The position numbers were made by a program, and so were the translations under genes. A stretch of 63,927 nt of DNA, the filler included, from Welwitschia mirabilis (lineage: Eukaryota): assembly GCA_051453625.1 (NCBI GenBank). It is 8 parts of one record of this genome, joined end to end, with 100 filler letters (N's around TTAATTAATTAA, not from the genome) between each part and the next. Parts side by side here need not be neighbours in the genome. Positions count along the whole stretch, not along the records: positions 1 to 14,348 come from JBOZIK010000001.1; positions 14,449 to 29,773 come from JBOZIK010000001.1; 6 more parts are not named here. The stretch is one strand, 5' to 3'. Positions 11,520 through 24,657 of this stretch are shown in pieces (the stretch's first letter is position 1; each line of letters opens with the position of its first letter). The notes under the pieces are model-generated. The model had not been told where the DNA came from, did not search any database, and saw only the letters and a list, made by a program, of their open reading frames with translations.

Positions 11520-14348
11520 TATAACCCAAGCAACACATAAAAAAAAAGAGAGAAGAAAGTGAAAAAGAAAGTTATTATCTCTAGTACTTACTTTGCTATT
11601 GCACTTAAATGTCAAATGCCTGCCTTAGACAATACCTTAGGTTAATAATACTATAAAATTGTCTAATTTGTATGTCCTCTCTTGACATTAATATTGCTCA
11701 AATGGCTTCCATTCGAAGAATTTAATCACCATTAAAAATAGGCTCATCACATATATTCTTCATGTATTATACTCACATCTAATAATGATTTTTTTTTTTG
11801 TAAAGCACTTGTGAGAAATTTCATATGATATGTGAGAATCCTAAATCTTTTCATGTAAAGAGGAGATGTGCTTATGCATCATAGAAAAACTCCATGAAGA
11901 ATAGATAAATGAATTAATATATAGCCTTCGAGTCTAGAACAACTTGAATTATTTTTAGGCTGATCTTCATACTTTATTAAAAAAGGATCAGTTGGGCTTC
12001 ATAATAAAGCATCTGAACTAATCCTAGCCTTCTAGTTATGGATGATAATAAAGCTCCTAATAAATATTAACAAATGTATATCAATATCTCAAATTTGAAA
12101 TTTTATTCAAGAGACCTCAAGTAAAGACTCCGTACAAAGCTAATTGTGTAAAACCAAAACCGAGAATATAATAACTACAAACTTAGATATGCCATTTGGA
12201 CACACACAAGAATAAATAAACACATAAATTAAGGTTGGAATGCTAAAGAGAAACATGCAGTCCATGGAGTGGAGGAGAAAACTGGAGCCCAGTTTTACTC
12301 TCAGCAGTAGTAAGAAAGGAAGCGTTAAGCAATTTAGATTAAAAATAGCATACAAGAAACCAAAACACCCAGTGCAACGAAGGTGAGCATTGAAATTAAA
12401 AAAAAAAATAGCTATTTAATCCTGTGATAAAAAAGGATGATTAAACTCCATGCCGATACCAATTCCATCTCTCTCCTTTCCTCTAGGCCAATTCGAAGGC
12501 TTACATATCCTTGGATAACTTTTGGTTTATTGATGTGTTTTATGTTATTGATCAAGTAGGGAATAAAGTCACTATTGCAGCAGAGGCATGCGGAAATAGG
12601 AAACTTCAAAAATGTAGTTTTTAGACAACACCCATATTCTCAATTAAGATGGAAAATAATTCAAATTCCACTACTGATATGGTTTTTTGTATTATTTAAT
12701 TGATCATTTTAAATAAGACCCGTCTTATTTTCCTAACATTTCTGCTAGCAGGTAATCTCATGCTCCAAATGAGCCTAGTGTAGTACTTCCATTTAAAAAC
12801 ATTAAACAATTTCAGATAATTTTATTATTTGATTTCACAGGTGACCATAATATCTAGATACCCATGTTTGATTGTTTCTGAAAATAGTTGACTTTTTATG
12901 AAAATCATTTCACGGAAATATAAGAGACTTTTAAGAGACCATATTTCTTAGAGAAGGGAATATCTTGATCCCCTCAAACTAGAACCTTAGCCTTATTTAT
13001 CTCTCCATGGAATAATCAACCTAAAAAAAATAGTNNNNNNNNNNNNNNNNNNNNNNNNNNNNNNNNNNNNNNNNNNNNNNNNNNNNNNNNNNNNNNNNNN
13101 NNNNNNNNNNNNNNNNNNNNNNNNNNNNNNNNNNATAGTGAATGGACCATAGAACATTCCAAAATCTGAGATTCCATCTTGAAAAGCTCAATCTCGTCCT
13201 TTCTTCCGACGGCAATAGTCACTAGACGCCTTAACCTCCTACACTTCTTAAACGAAGGCGTTAAAAGCTCTTCATATCCATGAGCATTCCCACTCCATTT
13301 CCTCATCATGTAGTTTAGAATCCTTAGCCTCTACATCCTCAATAACCTTTCACTAGAAATCCTTCACAATAAAATTGCCTCTCCTTTCAAGAAAATCAAA
13401 CAAAATTAGCGATATGTTGCGGCCTGCAAAGAAAACTGCAAAATGCAATGGATTCCAATAGTGAGAATTAATAATTTGCGAGAATAACATTTCTTGAATA
13501 ACGACATGAACATATGATATTAATCACAGGAAAAGGCATGAAAGAAGGGGAATCACATTTTGCCAGGAGAAAAAGGCGCTCAGAAAACCAGAACAGCCAA
13601 CAAAAAGCACATATCATAGCAGAGAATCAGAGAGAAAAGCAACGGCACATCGGCAGAACATAAGAATGATAGAAAAAAAGAAAGAACAACAATAGAGGAG
13701 AATAGCATAAAAAAATTCATAAGAGAGAGCATATGCGAGGATCAGAGCAATAGAATGACAAAAACGCCAAAATCGCATCGATGAAGGGAACGTCAAAACA
13801 ATAGAGTGATTGGCAGAAGATCATCAGGCGCACGTTAGCAACGATAGAAGAATGATAGGGACAAGGTGTACATGTACATATGTAAAGCGCATTGACAGAG
13901 AGGAGAACAGGGGAAGAGAAGTCAAAACGACAAAAGAACATCAAAGGGACAGTAATCAGAGGCCAGCAACTAAGAATAGCATAGAGAACAATATACATTA
14001 AGCAACAAATTCTAAAAGCGGTACACAGACACGACAAAGAATTGAAGAGGATCAAAAGGAATGCAAGAAAAACAATAGCAAACATAGAGGCAAAAATGGA
14101 GGTGAAACAACGGAGACTCAGAAGAGAAACAGAAACGTAGGCAGGAAGGATTGCAAAAACAATAGAATAACAAATGACATCAAAAGTGCGTGCAGGAAAA
14201 ACAGACATTGAAAGGGACAGAAGGGATAGATATCCCTTCTCAAAGATATATCGCTAAACATTTTCTTCATGTTGTAAGGAAAGATATCCCATTTATAAGA
14301 ATTCTTCGATTACACGAACTCAAAGATTAGTCTGTATTTTCTCGGTCT

Positions 14349-14448
14349 NNNNNNNNNNNNNNNNNNNNNNNNNNNNNNNNNNNNNNNNNNNNTTAATTAA
14401 TTAANNNNNNNNNNNNNNNNNNNNNNNNNNNNNNNNNNNNNNNNNNNN
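14349..14448. other. Artificial scaffold-joining spacer; 12-mer cores at 14393, 29818, 37629, 49944, 52906, 57595 and 62863
   Basis: Identical 44 N + TTAATTAATTAA + 44 N occurs seven times; the 12-mer puts stops in all six frames. Confidence 0.97.
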
Positions 14449-14829
14449 TACCTCGACCTCCTTGAATCGGTAAGAATGCACTCGATCCTTCATGTCTCCT
14501 TGCTCTGGCTATGTCGTGGTGATCCAAAAGATGTCTTACCTACTCTGCCAACCTTGGATGACGATGATCAGCTTGACCCAGCTGGAACGCATAATTCTCT
14601 AGCTTTCAATGGAAGTTTCTTTCAAGAAGACCTTGAGGACAAGGTTCATGTCAATGGAGGGAGTATTGTTATGCTGGCTAAGAACACAAAGCCGAATGAA
14701 AGAAAAGGCCTAAAAGAAATCTCAAGAAATCGATTCGAGTTAGGTGAATTCCAGAATAAGAGGGGAGAACAAGAATGCAAAATTGAACTTCGAATTTCTG
14801 CTTTTCTTTTCATTGGTCAAATGACTGAN
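14449..14829 (+). mobile_element. 3' end of a chromovirus (Reina-like) element: integrase tail, PPT, start of 3' LTR at 14667
   Basis: YLDLLESVRMHSILHVSLL (YxLxLP...HPVFHVSLL motif); LEDKVHVNGGS overlapping PPT GGAGGGAG (14656-14663), then TGTTATG. Confidence 0.75.
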
Positions 14830-15948
14830 NNNNNNNNNNNNNNNNNNNNNNNNNNNNNNNNNNNNNNNNNNNNNNNNNNNNNNNNNNNNNNNNNNNNNNN
14901 NNNNNNNNNNNNNNNNNNNNNNNNNNNNNNNNNNNNNNNNNNNNNNNNNNNNNNNNNNNNNNNNNNNNNNNNNNNNNNNNNNNNNNNNNNNNNNNNNNNN
15001 NNNNNNNNNNNNNNNNNNNNNNNNNNNNNNNNNNNNNNNNNNNNNNNNNNNNNNNNNNNNNNNNNNNNNNNNNNNNNNNNNNNNNNNNNNNNNNNNNNNN
15101 NNNNNNNNNNNNNNNNNNNNNNNNNNNNNNNNNNNNNNNNNNNNNNNNNNNNNNNNNNNNNNNNNNNNNNNNNNNNNNNNNNNNNNNNNNNNNNNNNNNN
15201 NNNNNNNNNNNNNNNNNNNNNNNNNNNNNNNNNNNNNNNNNNNNNNNNNNNNNNNNNNNNNNNNNNNNNNNNNNNNNNNNNNNNNNNNNNNNNNNNNNNN
15301 NNNNNNNNNNNNNNNNNNNNNNNNNNNNNNNNNNNNNNNNNNNNNNNNNNNNNNNNNNNNNNNNNNNNNNNNNNNNNNNNNNNNNNNNNNNNNNNNNNNN
15401 NNNNNNNNNNNNNNNNNNNNNNNNNNNNNNNNNNNNNNNNNNNNNNNNNNNNNNNNNNNNNNNNNNNNNNNNNNNNNNNNNNNNNNNNNNNNNNNNNNNN
15501 NNNNNNNNNNNNNNNNNNNNNNNNNNNNNNNNNNNNNNNNNNNNNNNNNNNNNNNNNNNNNNNNNNNNNNNNNNNNNNNNNNNNNNNNNNNNNNNNNNNN
15601 NNNNNNNNNNNNNNNNNNNNNNNNNNNNNNNNNNNNNNNNNNNNNNNNNNNNNNNNNNNNNNNNNNNNNNNNNNNNNNNNNNNNNNNNNNNNNNNNNNNN
15701 NNNNNNNNNNNNNNNNNNNNNNNNNNNNNNNNNNNNNNNNNNNNNNNNNNNNNNNNNNNNNNNNNNNNNNNNNNNNNNNNNNNNNNNNNNNNNNNNNNNN
15801 NNNNNNNNNNNNNNNNNNNNNNNNNNATGACTCCATAACTTAACAAACCATGATTTTAACAGACTCATTTAATTCAACGGAACAATTCAAATTGCTGACA
15901 ATAAATTAAAATACTAATTCAAAAATCAACTTCGTAATCTTAGGCCCA

Positions 15949-16143
15949 TGTTGACTTCTTGAGATTTCTTTTGGGACTTTCCTCCATTGGGCTTGTGTTC
16001 TTAGCTGGCATAACATATTATTTCTCTCATTCTGTTGTATATTTCAGTCTTATAAATAAAGAAAGTTGTTTGCATTGTGGTGCACCAGTTCATTCTCAAA
16101 TCTTTTTCCTTTTCTGTAATTTTTTGGGCCTCTCCTTATTACA
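15949..16143 (+). repeat. 5' LTR of the mini-element
   Basis: TG...CA ends, TATAAATA box, followed by PBS; homologous to 17209-17396. Confidence 0.75.
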
Positions 16144-16146
16144 AAG

Positions 16147-16159
16147 TGGTATCAGAGCC
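16147..16159 (+). promoter_or_regulatory. PBS for initiator tRNA-Met
   Basis: TGGTATCAGAGCC 3 nt after the LTR CA. Confidence 0.92.
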
Positions 16160-16256
16160 CAGCCTGAGGCTTGAGGTTCTTCCCTAATAAGCTAACCTCA
16201 TGGTCCTAGTGCTTCTCTTACATTTTTATGTACATTTTTCAAAAAACTAAGTAGAC

Positions 16257-16850
16257 ATGGCTGATCGAGCACTTCAATGGTAGAAACTGCATGTGTGGAA
16301 GTTAAAGGTTAAACTTCTTCTTGAAAAAGAGGGTGTATTTGGGTACACTGATGGAACTATGCCTCAACCCACCAAGGCCAACACTCTTTGAAAATGGAAG
16401 AGATCGGTTGTGGCCACCATTGGATGGAAGACTTGTTCTTGCATCTTCTGTAGCCTAGAAAGACAGCCGAAGAGATCTGGAATGGTTTAGAGAATTTGCT
16501 CGAAAATAAGCAGGCTAATGCTGCTACTTCCCTCAAGAGATAAGGATTGTTATATAATTCTACTTAATAGCATGCCTAGATCGATGTCCAATATCACTTT
16601 GACATGGGAAGCAATTAAAGTTGACCTTTCGACTATTATCTATACATTTCTTGAGAAAGGCATCTAGAGGAGATCAATAGCAGGAAACCAACATGGAGTT
16701 GAAGCATTTCTAACTATTTTTCATTAAGCTAAGGCAGCACCAGAAGGTATGTATAAGTCTCCAAGGATAATTACCTCCTTGTACTACAACAAATAGGGTC
16801 ATTCTTGGATCGATTGTCGGATAAGAGCACAGGACGTTCTTGAAGGAAAG
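16257..16850 (+). pseudogene. gag: Copia gag remnant
   Basis: HFNGRN/VWKLKVKLLLEKEGVFGYTDGTMPQP; ILLNSMPRS; degraded CCHC knuckle ending GHSWIDCR (~16780-16820). Confidence 0.75.
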
Positions 16851-17208
16851 CAAAAGAGAGGTCATTTGGCATTTACCACAATTGTTAAATCGTCTCATCA
16901 AGCTATCTTTGCATCAAAATACATCGATGAAATGGCTAAACAAACCATAGAACTTCATGATCATGACACTCTAATCAATTTTGAATACTATGATGTTGAA
17001 TACATTTGAGAAATTTCAAATTTCAATGTTTGGAAAGTGAGATGTCTTAGCTATGGGACGTGAAATTTAGCTAGGAAGTGAAATTGTTTTGGAAAGTTAA
17101 ACTACATCTGTTAATTGTAAAGCAATTTGTAATTGAGGGAGAGTCATTTCTATTTTGAGTGTAGTTATGATTGTAAATTCTCTTAGATTTATAGTCAAGG
17201 GGAAGTAA

Positions 17209-17396
17209 TGTTAAGATTAAGTCAAGGATATCTTCTCAGATTTATAACTCACTACTATTATTTCTCTCATTCTGTTGTAATTTTCTATTTCAATCTTATA
17301 AATAAAGAAATTTGTTGGCACTGTGTTATACTAGTTCATTGTCAAATCTTTTCCCTTCTACTTTTCTGCGATTATTTGGGCCTCTTACTATTGTAA
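17209..17396 (+). repeat. 3' LTR of the mini-element
   Basis: TGTTAAG after the PPT; the last ~130 bp align with the 5' LTR. Confidence 0.72.
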
Positions 17397-18149
17397 TTAG
17401 AAGCCCTAATTTCGAAAGAGCACTGCATATATGCATTGTGAAGATTTACATTCTATCCTATCCAGGAGCTTTAATAAATGCTAGCAATGTACTGAGTACT
17501 TTTTTTCTCAATTCCATTTAAATACCCACTAGAGTCTAAGCTTTTACCTCTACCCTGTTGACCCATTAAATTTTCCTTATTTTGCTTTGAATGATGACTT
17601 TCATCTTCAAAATCCCTACTCTTAGACTTGCTAAGGTTAGTATTATTCATAGTTTTTTTTATATAAAAACAGAAGCTCCCAGTGCTACATGGAAGCATAG
17701 GGTTACATTCTATAGGGCTATATCCTTCCAAGTTAATATTATCATTGATACATTTAAGCAAGTGGAATACTGAGTCATCATTATGAGACACTCTTTATCC
17801 TTTACTCTATACACAAGATGAACAATCACTCTTTTCTTAAGTGTCTCAAAATTCTATAAATTGATTATCTAATTTATACCATTAAATCTCATTACTTAAG
17901 GCAACATGCACTAAGATAATAGAAGCCATATATATTTCTAATGATTTGTATTTATCTCTAATAAATTGTGTTAATTATTTTATGTTACTTCACATGCTTA
18001 CATTATTCTAAGTCCTTTACTTAATAGTGTCCTGAAACCTACTAACATTTTCTGACTTACTATAGATTCATACCCATGTAATAGACAAACAACATTACAT
18101 GTTATTGAAAAATTCAAAACTAGAAAATACAATATTACTAGAAGATCAA

Positions 18150-19496
18150 ACCAAGTCATTGCATCAAAATCTAGGATGTTACATACTCGAACCTTAACAT
18201 TTGATGAAGTGCTCTCATCCACAAGGATTTAAGCTCTTCTCCTTGAATCTCTCCCTTGTTTGATTATCTAATAGTCTCCCACAGTGTACCTCAAAATAAA
18301 GGAAAGTTATGGATATTTTTTGAAAAGATTTTTTACTTGAAAAATAGAAAAAGAAATAAAGATAATTTCTAAAATAATTGAAAATAAGTACAAAATTAAA
18401 AAGAAATCAAAGAACTTAACCTATTCCAAGATCTTAAATCAATGATGCTTTTTTTAGTGATGGCGCCAAATGCAGCGAGTAGTGAAAAACTTACTACGCT
18501 AATCATAATCAGCCTTGTTGTTTCCTAACAAGCTTTCAAATGTGAATTCAAGATAATAAAAACTAGGTTTGAGACATCACATAGATCTAATTTTTTCCTA
18601 CTTAATGAATTAAATAACTGAAATTGCAGATAAATGTCATTGTCAAAACAAAAAGCAAAAAGAAATAATTGACTTCAACCTTGACATGCACATCGAAAGA
18701 AAGATGAATAATACAAAGCTCTAGTAACAATGCATTTGAGTAAAATGGAATTGCCTACAAGGTGGTCCCCTAATGAATACATGAATGGACATGAAAAATA
18801 TTAAATAAAAATTATGGAATTTGAAGTAAGATCAACTTATACATTCAACTATAGTTCCTATATTCAGGTCTAACTGCAATAAAGATTAGAAAAAATTGAG
18901 ACAACAACATACAGTAAAGAAATTAAATTATCTTAGATGCATTCTAACAACATTTCAAGAAGGAATCCTCAAATGAATCACATGTCATGAAACCAATTGA
19001 AGATGTAGCAAAGAAGCACTAAAAACAATCTTTATTACAAAGTAAAATAGAAGTACAAAAAGAATTAAATGTCTTTGTCAAGTTAATTACCACGACCGAA
19101 CCTATTTTTTAAATGAGAAGGATTACATTTATTAAAAAAATTGTGTTAAATCAAATGTTGTTGGGAAGTACTTGGAATAAAGATTGATTTGACATCATTT
19201 TCTTCCTTTGACTCTTTGGCATTTACTTGATATTGCCTATTGTAGGTTTCATTACTAATTACTAACATATGCTAAATCTCCAATTGTTATTATAGGTTCA
19301 TTATAAAGAGTTAAAATCTCCATTCCATAGTGATATGTTTAGTCTCTGAGTCTTATCATTAACTTGCTCCTATCATGTAGTGACAAAATAGTACTAAATC
19401 TAATAATAAGGCTTAGTGACAAGTGATAGTTCTTCATGTTGTAGCTTCATTAATAGGTAACATTTGGTAATAATTTCTTCATGTGTTTTCGCTACA
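18150..19496 (-). mobile_element. Athila-like LTR (18471-19496) with decayed Asp-type PBS and a truncated leader/gag start
   Basis: Inverted termini TGCAGCGAG (18471) and TTCGCTACA (ending 19496); on the minus strand the LTR end is followed by TT-TGGCGCCATCACTAAAAA, a decayed form of TGGCGCCGTTGCCGGGGA. Confidence 0.6.
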
Positions 19497-20299
19497 TGCT
19501 ATCAACTTTGAATTGAATTCTATTGAGTTTCTGTTACATAACAGTAAGTGTCCATGACATTTGATATGCACTATGTCATGTCTATACATTAGTCATCATA
19601 GATCTATGATATCACTAGCCTATTACCACATGATATATCTTTTTCCTTGTTTTTTTTGCTTCTTATGGCCAAGTACTAATTAGTTAAACTGATTTTGTTG
19701 TAAACTTGTCACATAACAATTACTAACTATCATCTATATGTTGTGATATGAAAATTTTGCACAACTTAGAAACCGTTAGACGTTATCACAAAATTATATT
19801 TATGTGATAATATAATTAATTAAAAATATATATAACCTTCTCCCTTAAAATTCATTTTTTGCATTATAATACATTTCAAGACTTAATGGCATGCAATGTT
19901 TTACTTTTTGAAAGATACTATACCCTTTAAAATTCATGATATAATATATGTTGATTCTATTATTTTTTTTATGTCATTAGACATCAAAGTGATAGAAGCT
20001 AGGTAAGTCTTTAGGAGCCCATTATTAAGAAAAGCTAATGAAAGCTCTATCAAATGTTATTTCAATATGTAAGATTGTACTTTTTGTATGATTAATATAA
20101 CATAATACTTTCATTGCCTTCAACATTTTGTTTCTCTTCATATTTCTTCTTTCTTTTCGATTTCTTACTAAATACACAATGTTGTTTTTATTTTATCAAG
20201 TCTACATCATTTGTTATTCAAATAAATTTAGCATTCATGTGGAGTTGGTTGTTGCTTTTGATTTTACAAAGGATGCTTATCCACTATGAAAGCTCCTGA

Positions 20300-23150
20300 C
20301 AAGGCAAGAATCGATGGTGGAAGATATCCAAAGGATTATGAAGGTGTTGATATGAATTTGGCATCTACTATATGCCCAAGTGAATAGAGTCAGTTTTACA
20401 AGAGAATGAGGAGTATAAAAAATAATAACCCAAGGTCAAGGATCCATTAAAGGAGGATGTTATGCATGAAGATCTTAATGTAGAGAAAGAGAGGAATCTT
20501 GTTTTGAAATCTCTGATGAAGATGCAACAAAAGGACCTAGTAATCATGCCAACATTTAAAGAAAGATTGAAAACCAAAAAGCTTTGAAACTAGATATAAG
20601 GCATGAATTAGTACTTTGGCATAAAAGACATTACTTAAAAAACTAAGGTGAACATGCAGAGTTTTTAAAATAAGTTTATGTCACTTTCTCGTAAGGCAAA
20701 GATGATAACTAGGATGTAAATATTGACAAGAAGAAAATTTTGTGATAAAGTATACAAAGGGTTTCATGTATTTACCATTTAAGAAAGACATTTTGATTTC
20801 AGCCTAGAAGAGGAAATCAAGTACATCACCAATTTAAGGTCGTCTGTTCAAGACATAATTGCCCTTGTTACTGCTAGAGTCATGTAGGAAGCATACTAAT
20901 TAATCCTAGAAGTAGAAGAATAGTTTCAATAAAAGAACAACTCCAACAAAAAAAGATTCATAGAAAAGAAATAGCTAAGAAGGATCATTAGCAAAGAGAA
21001 AAGTCAAGTCAAAGCTTATGAAATAAGGGTAAAGAAGATGTCAAACATAGAGAAGGTACCTATAAAGGAACAGGTAAAGGAGGTAAATTCTTCAAACTTT
21101 GCTACAAATATCATAAGATAGGATAGAAGTCTTACAAGTATCCATTAATAAAGGAGGATACATAATAACTATCATTTTTTAGCATCGTAACACAAGTGGA
21201 GAGTCTCAGAAGATGAAATTAGTGAAGGTTTCTAGTGAAAAATAATAAAGCATAATTGTTAGAAAAACTCTCATGCAAGATGAAAAAACGATTAAGAAGT
21301 TGTCACACTTAAGACAACTCTCTAAAACTAGATGTAAGTTCAAAGACAAGGTGTAGAAGGTCATCATTGATAATGAAAGCACGACCAACTTACTTTCTAG
21401 TCAGGTGGTAAAAATGTTAAACCTATAGACCATGCCAAATTTGACACCATACTAACTTTCTTAATTGCAAAAGGAAAACCATGTTACAATTATAGAACAA
21501 TGTCTGATTAGCTTCAAAATCAGTAAACTTCATGACTAAGTTCATTATGATGGCGTTTCTAAGAATGATTACTATATATTATTCATAGATCTTAGCAATA
21601 TGACATTAAGTGCATGCATAATAAGAGACACATGCTTGCATTATAACTAATAAGAATGAAAATAACTTTGAGGCCTTTACCAGACTCAGAGAAGATTCTA
21701 GAACACAAGTAGGTGTACTCTTCTTGGGAAGAAAGGAGATGATGGAGGAAAAAAAAGAGGAAGGCTATGGCATAGCAGTGATGATAAAGGCATCCTCATA
21801 GCAATAGTCGAACAAGTGGCTAATAAAGGTGAAAGATATTTTAAAATATTTTACAGATATTTTTATTGATGCTTTACTTTTTAAGTTGTTGTTAAAAGCA
21901 TAAGTTAGCAGATAGATTTAGTTCCTAGTATTTCACTCTCAAATAAAGCATGTATAGAATGACATTGCATGAAAGAGAAGAGATAAGAAAACAAGTACAG
22001 GAGTTATGAGATAATGGATTGATCAAATAAAGTTTATTGCCATGATTTAGTTCATTGTTACTAACTCCAATGAAGGACAAAAAGGAGTTCCACATGTGTA
22101 TTGCTTCAAGATTCATTGATAAGATAACCATAAGATATCACTTTTGTATGACTTGCATGGATGATATTTTGGATTTCTTGACAAGTGCATTTATTTTTAG
22201 CAAGAAAGACTTAAAGAATGAATATCATTAGATTCGTATATTAGGGATATAAATGGAAGAGAACTTTTAAAACTTCAAATGGATTGTGTGAATGGTCATA
22301 ATAACAATTGGATTAATGAATGTTCCAAGTACATTCATGAGGTTGATGACAAAAGTATTAAGGCCTTTTCTTGGAAAGTTTCTCATTGTTTTTCTAGATA
22401 ATATTTTAATATTTAGAAATAATCTTAAATAGCATAGAGAGAATTTGAGAAGAATTCTTCAAAGGTTTAAGGAAGAGAAATTGATGATGAATGCAAATAA
22501 GTTTTTGTTTGCCTAGCCTAATTTAGTTTTTCCTAGGATTGTTGTCTCCAAAGATGGAATTGAACTAGATTCAAACAAGATAAAGGCTATTTTAAACTGG
22601 CTTACACTAACTTCAATAAGGGATGTTCATAGTTCCCATGGAATATCAAGATTTTATAGGAGGTTCATTAAGGATTTTAGCAAGACTTATGCAACAATGT
22701 TGGTTACTGTCCAGAAGAATCAAGCTTTCAACTAGACCAATAAGGAAGATGAAGCATTCTAGTAGTTGAAGAAGAGTGTTGTTATAGAACCTATACTAGC
22801 ACTTCCAAATTTCAGTATGACTTTTTAAGTGGAGTATGATACAATTCGAAATGTAATTGAAGAAGTGCTCACTCAAGAAGAAAAAACCACTTCCCTATTT
22901 AATGAAAAATTGATTGATTACAAGTAGAATTATTTACCCTATGAGCAGAGTTGTATGCCATTTTCCAAGCCTTGAAGAGGTAGAGACCTTACTTTCTATA
23001 AAGAGATTTCATTTTGTATACAAATCAAAAGGCATTATAGTACATAAACAATCAGAACAAGCTAAATATAAAATAAGTGAAGCAAGCAGAGAAGCTTTAA
23101 GAGTGGAAACTTGTGATCAAGTATAAAAGTGAGAAGATGGATAGAGTTGT
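20300..23150 (+). pseudogene. pol: Heavily decayed CRM-like Ty3/gypsy gag-pol (knuckle, protease, RT, RNase H)
   Basis: CYKYHKIG (~21100); KTRCKFKDKV*KVIIDNESTTN (~21325); [70 protein letters not shown]. Confidence 0.85.
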
Positions 23151-23316
23151 GCATGGCCTATGTTGAATGGTATTCATGGTAAGATCTTTCAAATTCAATG
23201 TTGGCTTATCACACATTTTATACTTACATCATTTTGAACTAGACTTTAAGGATCTTAAGAGAAAGAAAAGAATCCTTTGGAAGAATATGATTGTAAGCAC
23301 TTTCATATGTTAGGAT

Positions 23317-23349
23317 TGTTAGGCCTCCTAGAAGGGGGTGAATAGGGTG
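23317..23349 (-). repeat. SIRE-type Copia LTR 3' terminus (C-rich signal), cut by the next insertion
   Basis: Minus strand reads CCCTATTCACCCCCTTCTAGGAGGCCTAACA, like the conserved SIRE LTR end. Confidence 0.55.
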
Positions 23350-24657
23350 TGATGAGGATAAATTTTAATGTAAATCTTGCTTATTAATGAAATGTTTTCA
23401 TTATTTTAATTATGCATTTTAAATAAGAATATATGTTTTTCTTTATTAGTATACTTACTGATAATAGGTTAGTTAGTTAGTATGTTAGTAGGCTAGTATG
23501 TATATTATATTATTACATTTTAGGTACAGGATCTCATGTGGCATGAAGATAAAAGAGAAGGTTGAGGTGGTGAAGAAGCAGTAACAAACCCCAACCATAT
23601 ACCTATTCCTAAGGAGCAAAGAATGGAAATAGAAAAACAAACAAGGGTATAAGAATAGGATCACCATCAAAGGTGGGGATCTTTTTGGCAAAACGTTTTA
23701 GGAATAGACTGAGAAAAAAGGTCAAGAAAGGGAGCTCCAGCTATCCTGCAAAGGGCATAGCAGCATTTCCCATACTACAAAGTGTTACCTGCAAAAGAGA
23801 ACATAAGCTTTAGTGCATATTATGTAACAATTGCTATTTTAATATAAATCTAAAAAGCATATTCAAGCATCATTATGTGCATATTCTATTATTTGAAAAA
23901 GTAATATTATCTCTATTTGCTCCTATTTGTGTAGCTGAACATAAACCAAAAAAATTAACAGTACTTAGAAATAAGTGTTATCCAACAACTAATTTAATTT
24001 CTATTATGTTTCATTACTTTCTTCATTCCTCCTTGGTATAATATATGTATATAGTAACCTAGTAGTAATAAATCAATCTAACTAGTCCAAGTAACTTTAT
24101 CATAAGACTATCATGATGATGCATTTTGNNNNNNNNNNNNNNNNNNNNNNNNNNNNNNNNNNNNNNNNNNNNNNNNNNNNNNNNNNNNNNNNNNNNNNNN
24201 NNNNNNNNNNNNNNNNNNNNNNNNNNNNATATGTATATAGTAACCTAGTAGTAATAAACCAATCTAACTAGTCCAAGTAACTTTATCATAAGATTATCAT
24301 GATGATGCATTTTGAACTAAATGGTTGAGTCTTAACTAGCTCTTTAGTAAGCCTTTGGTTATTTTTATTTAATGGTGTGAGTTTATATTAGGTTAGCAGC
24401 AGCATAGTTTCTGCATATTTCCGGTATTATTTTATATTATTTAATATTATTTTGTAATACTTTCTGCACTTGTTTCACCACATAAGAATCCATCATTTTG
24501 TCACTAAGNNNNNNNNNNNNNNNNNNNNNNNNNNNNNNNNNNNNNNNNNNNNNNNNNNNNNNNNNNNNNNNNNNNNNNNNNNNNNNNNNNNNNNNNNNNN
24601 NNNNNNNNTTATTTTGTAATACTTTCTGCACTTGTTTCACCACATAAGCATCCATCA
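23350..24657 (+). repeat. 5' LTR of an Athila-like element
   Basis: Starts TGATGAGGAT, ends ATCCATCA (imperfect inverted ends), followed by TTT and PBS-like TGGCACTAAGAGGAGGG (24661-24677). Confidence 0.7.

Larger units (their letters stand above)
1..14348 (+). mobile_element. Degenerate Ty3/gypsy LTR retrotransposon, Tat superclade (Ogre/Retand-type domain order); possibly a scaffolded mosaic of paralogous copies
   Basis: LTR end ...GCAACA at 1283, PBS at 1287, then gag, protease, RT, RH, aRH and INT motifs in order, PPT at 11506-11519, and a block (14252-14348) similar to the upstream LTR (755-852). Confidence 0.85.
15949..17396 (+). mobile_element. Short gag-only Copia-derived LTR element (TR-GAG-like), decayed
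   Basis: Two ~190-bp LTRs share tattatttctctcattctgttgta...cttataaataaagaaa...gggcctct; Met PBS at 16147; Copia gag; PPT AAGGGGAAG before 17209; no pol motifs seen. Confidence 0.78.

Noticed and set aside
13717..14208. 163-aa hydrophobic ORF as a membrane or env protein
   Set aside because: A T-rich strand yields few stops and F/L/I/C-rich translations by composition alone; no motif or second copy.
14393..14404. Recurrent palindrome TTAATTAATTAA as a biological motif or CRISPR-like repeat
   Set aside because: Always centred in exactly 44+44 Ns; it is an assembly spacer.
17471..17791. 106-aa minus-strand ORF
   Set aside because: No recognisable motif, splice context or second copy.
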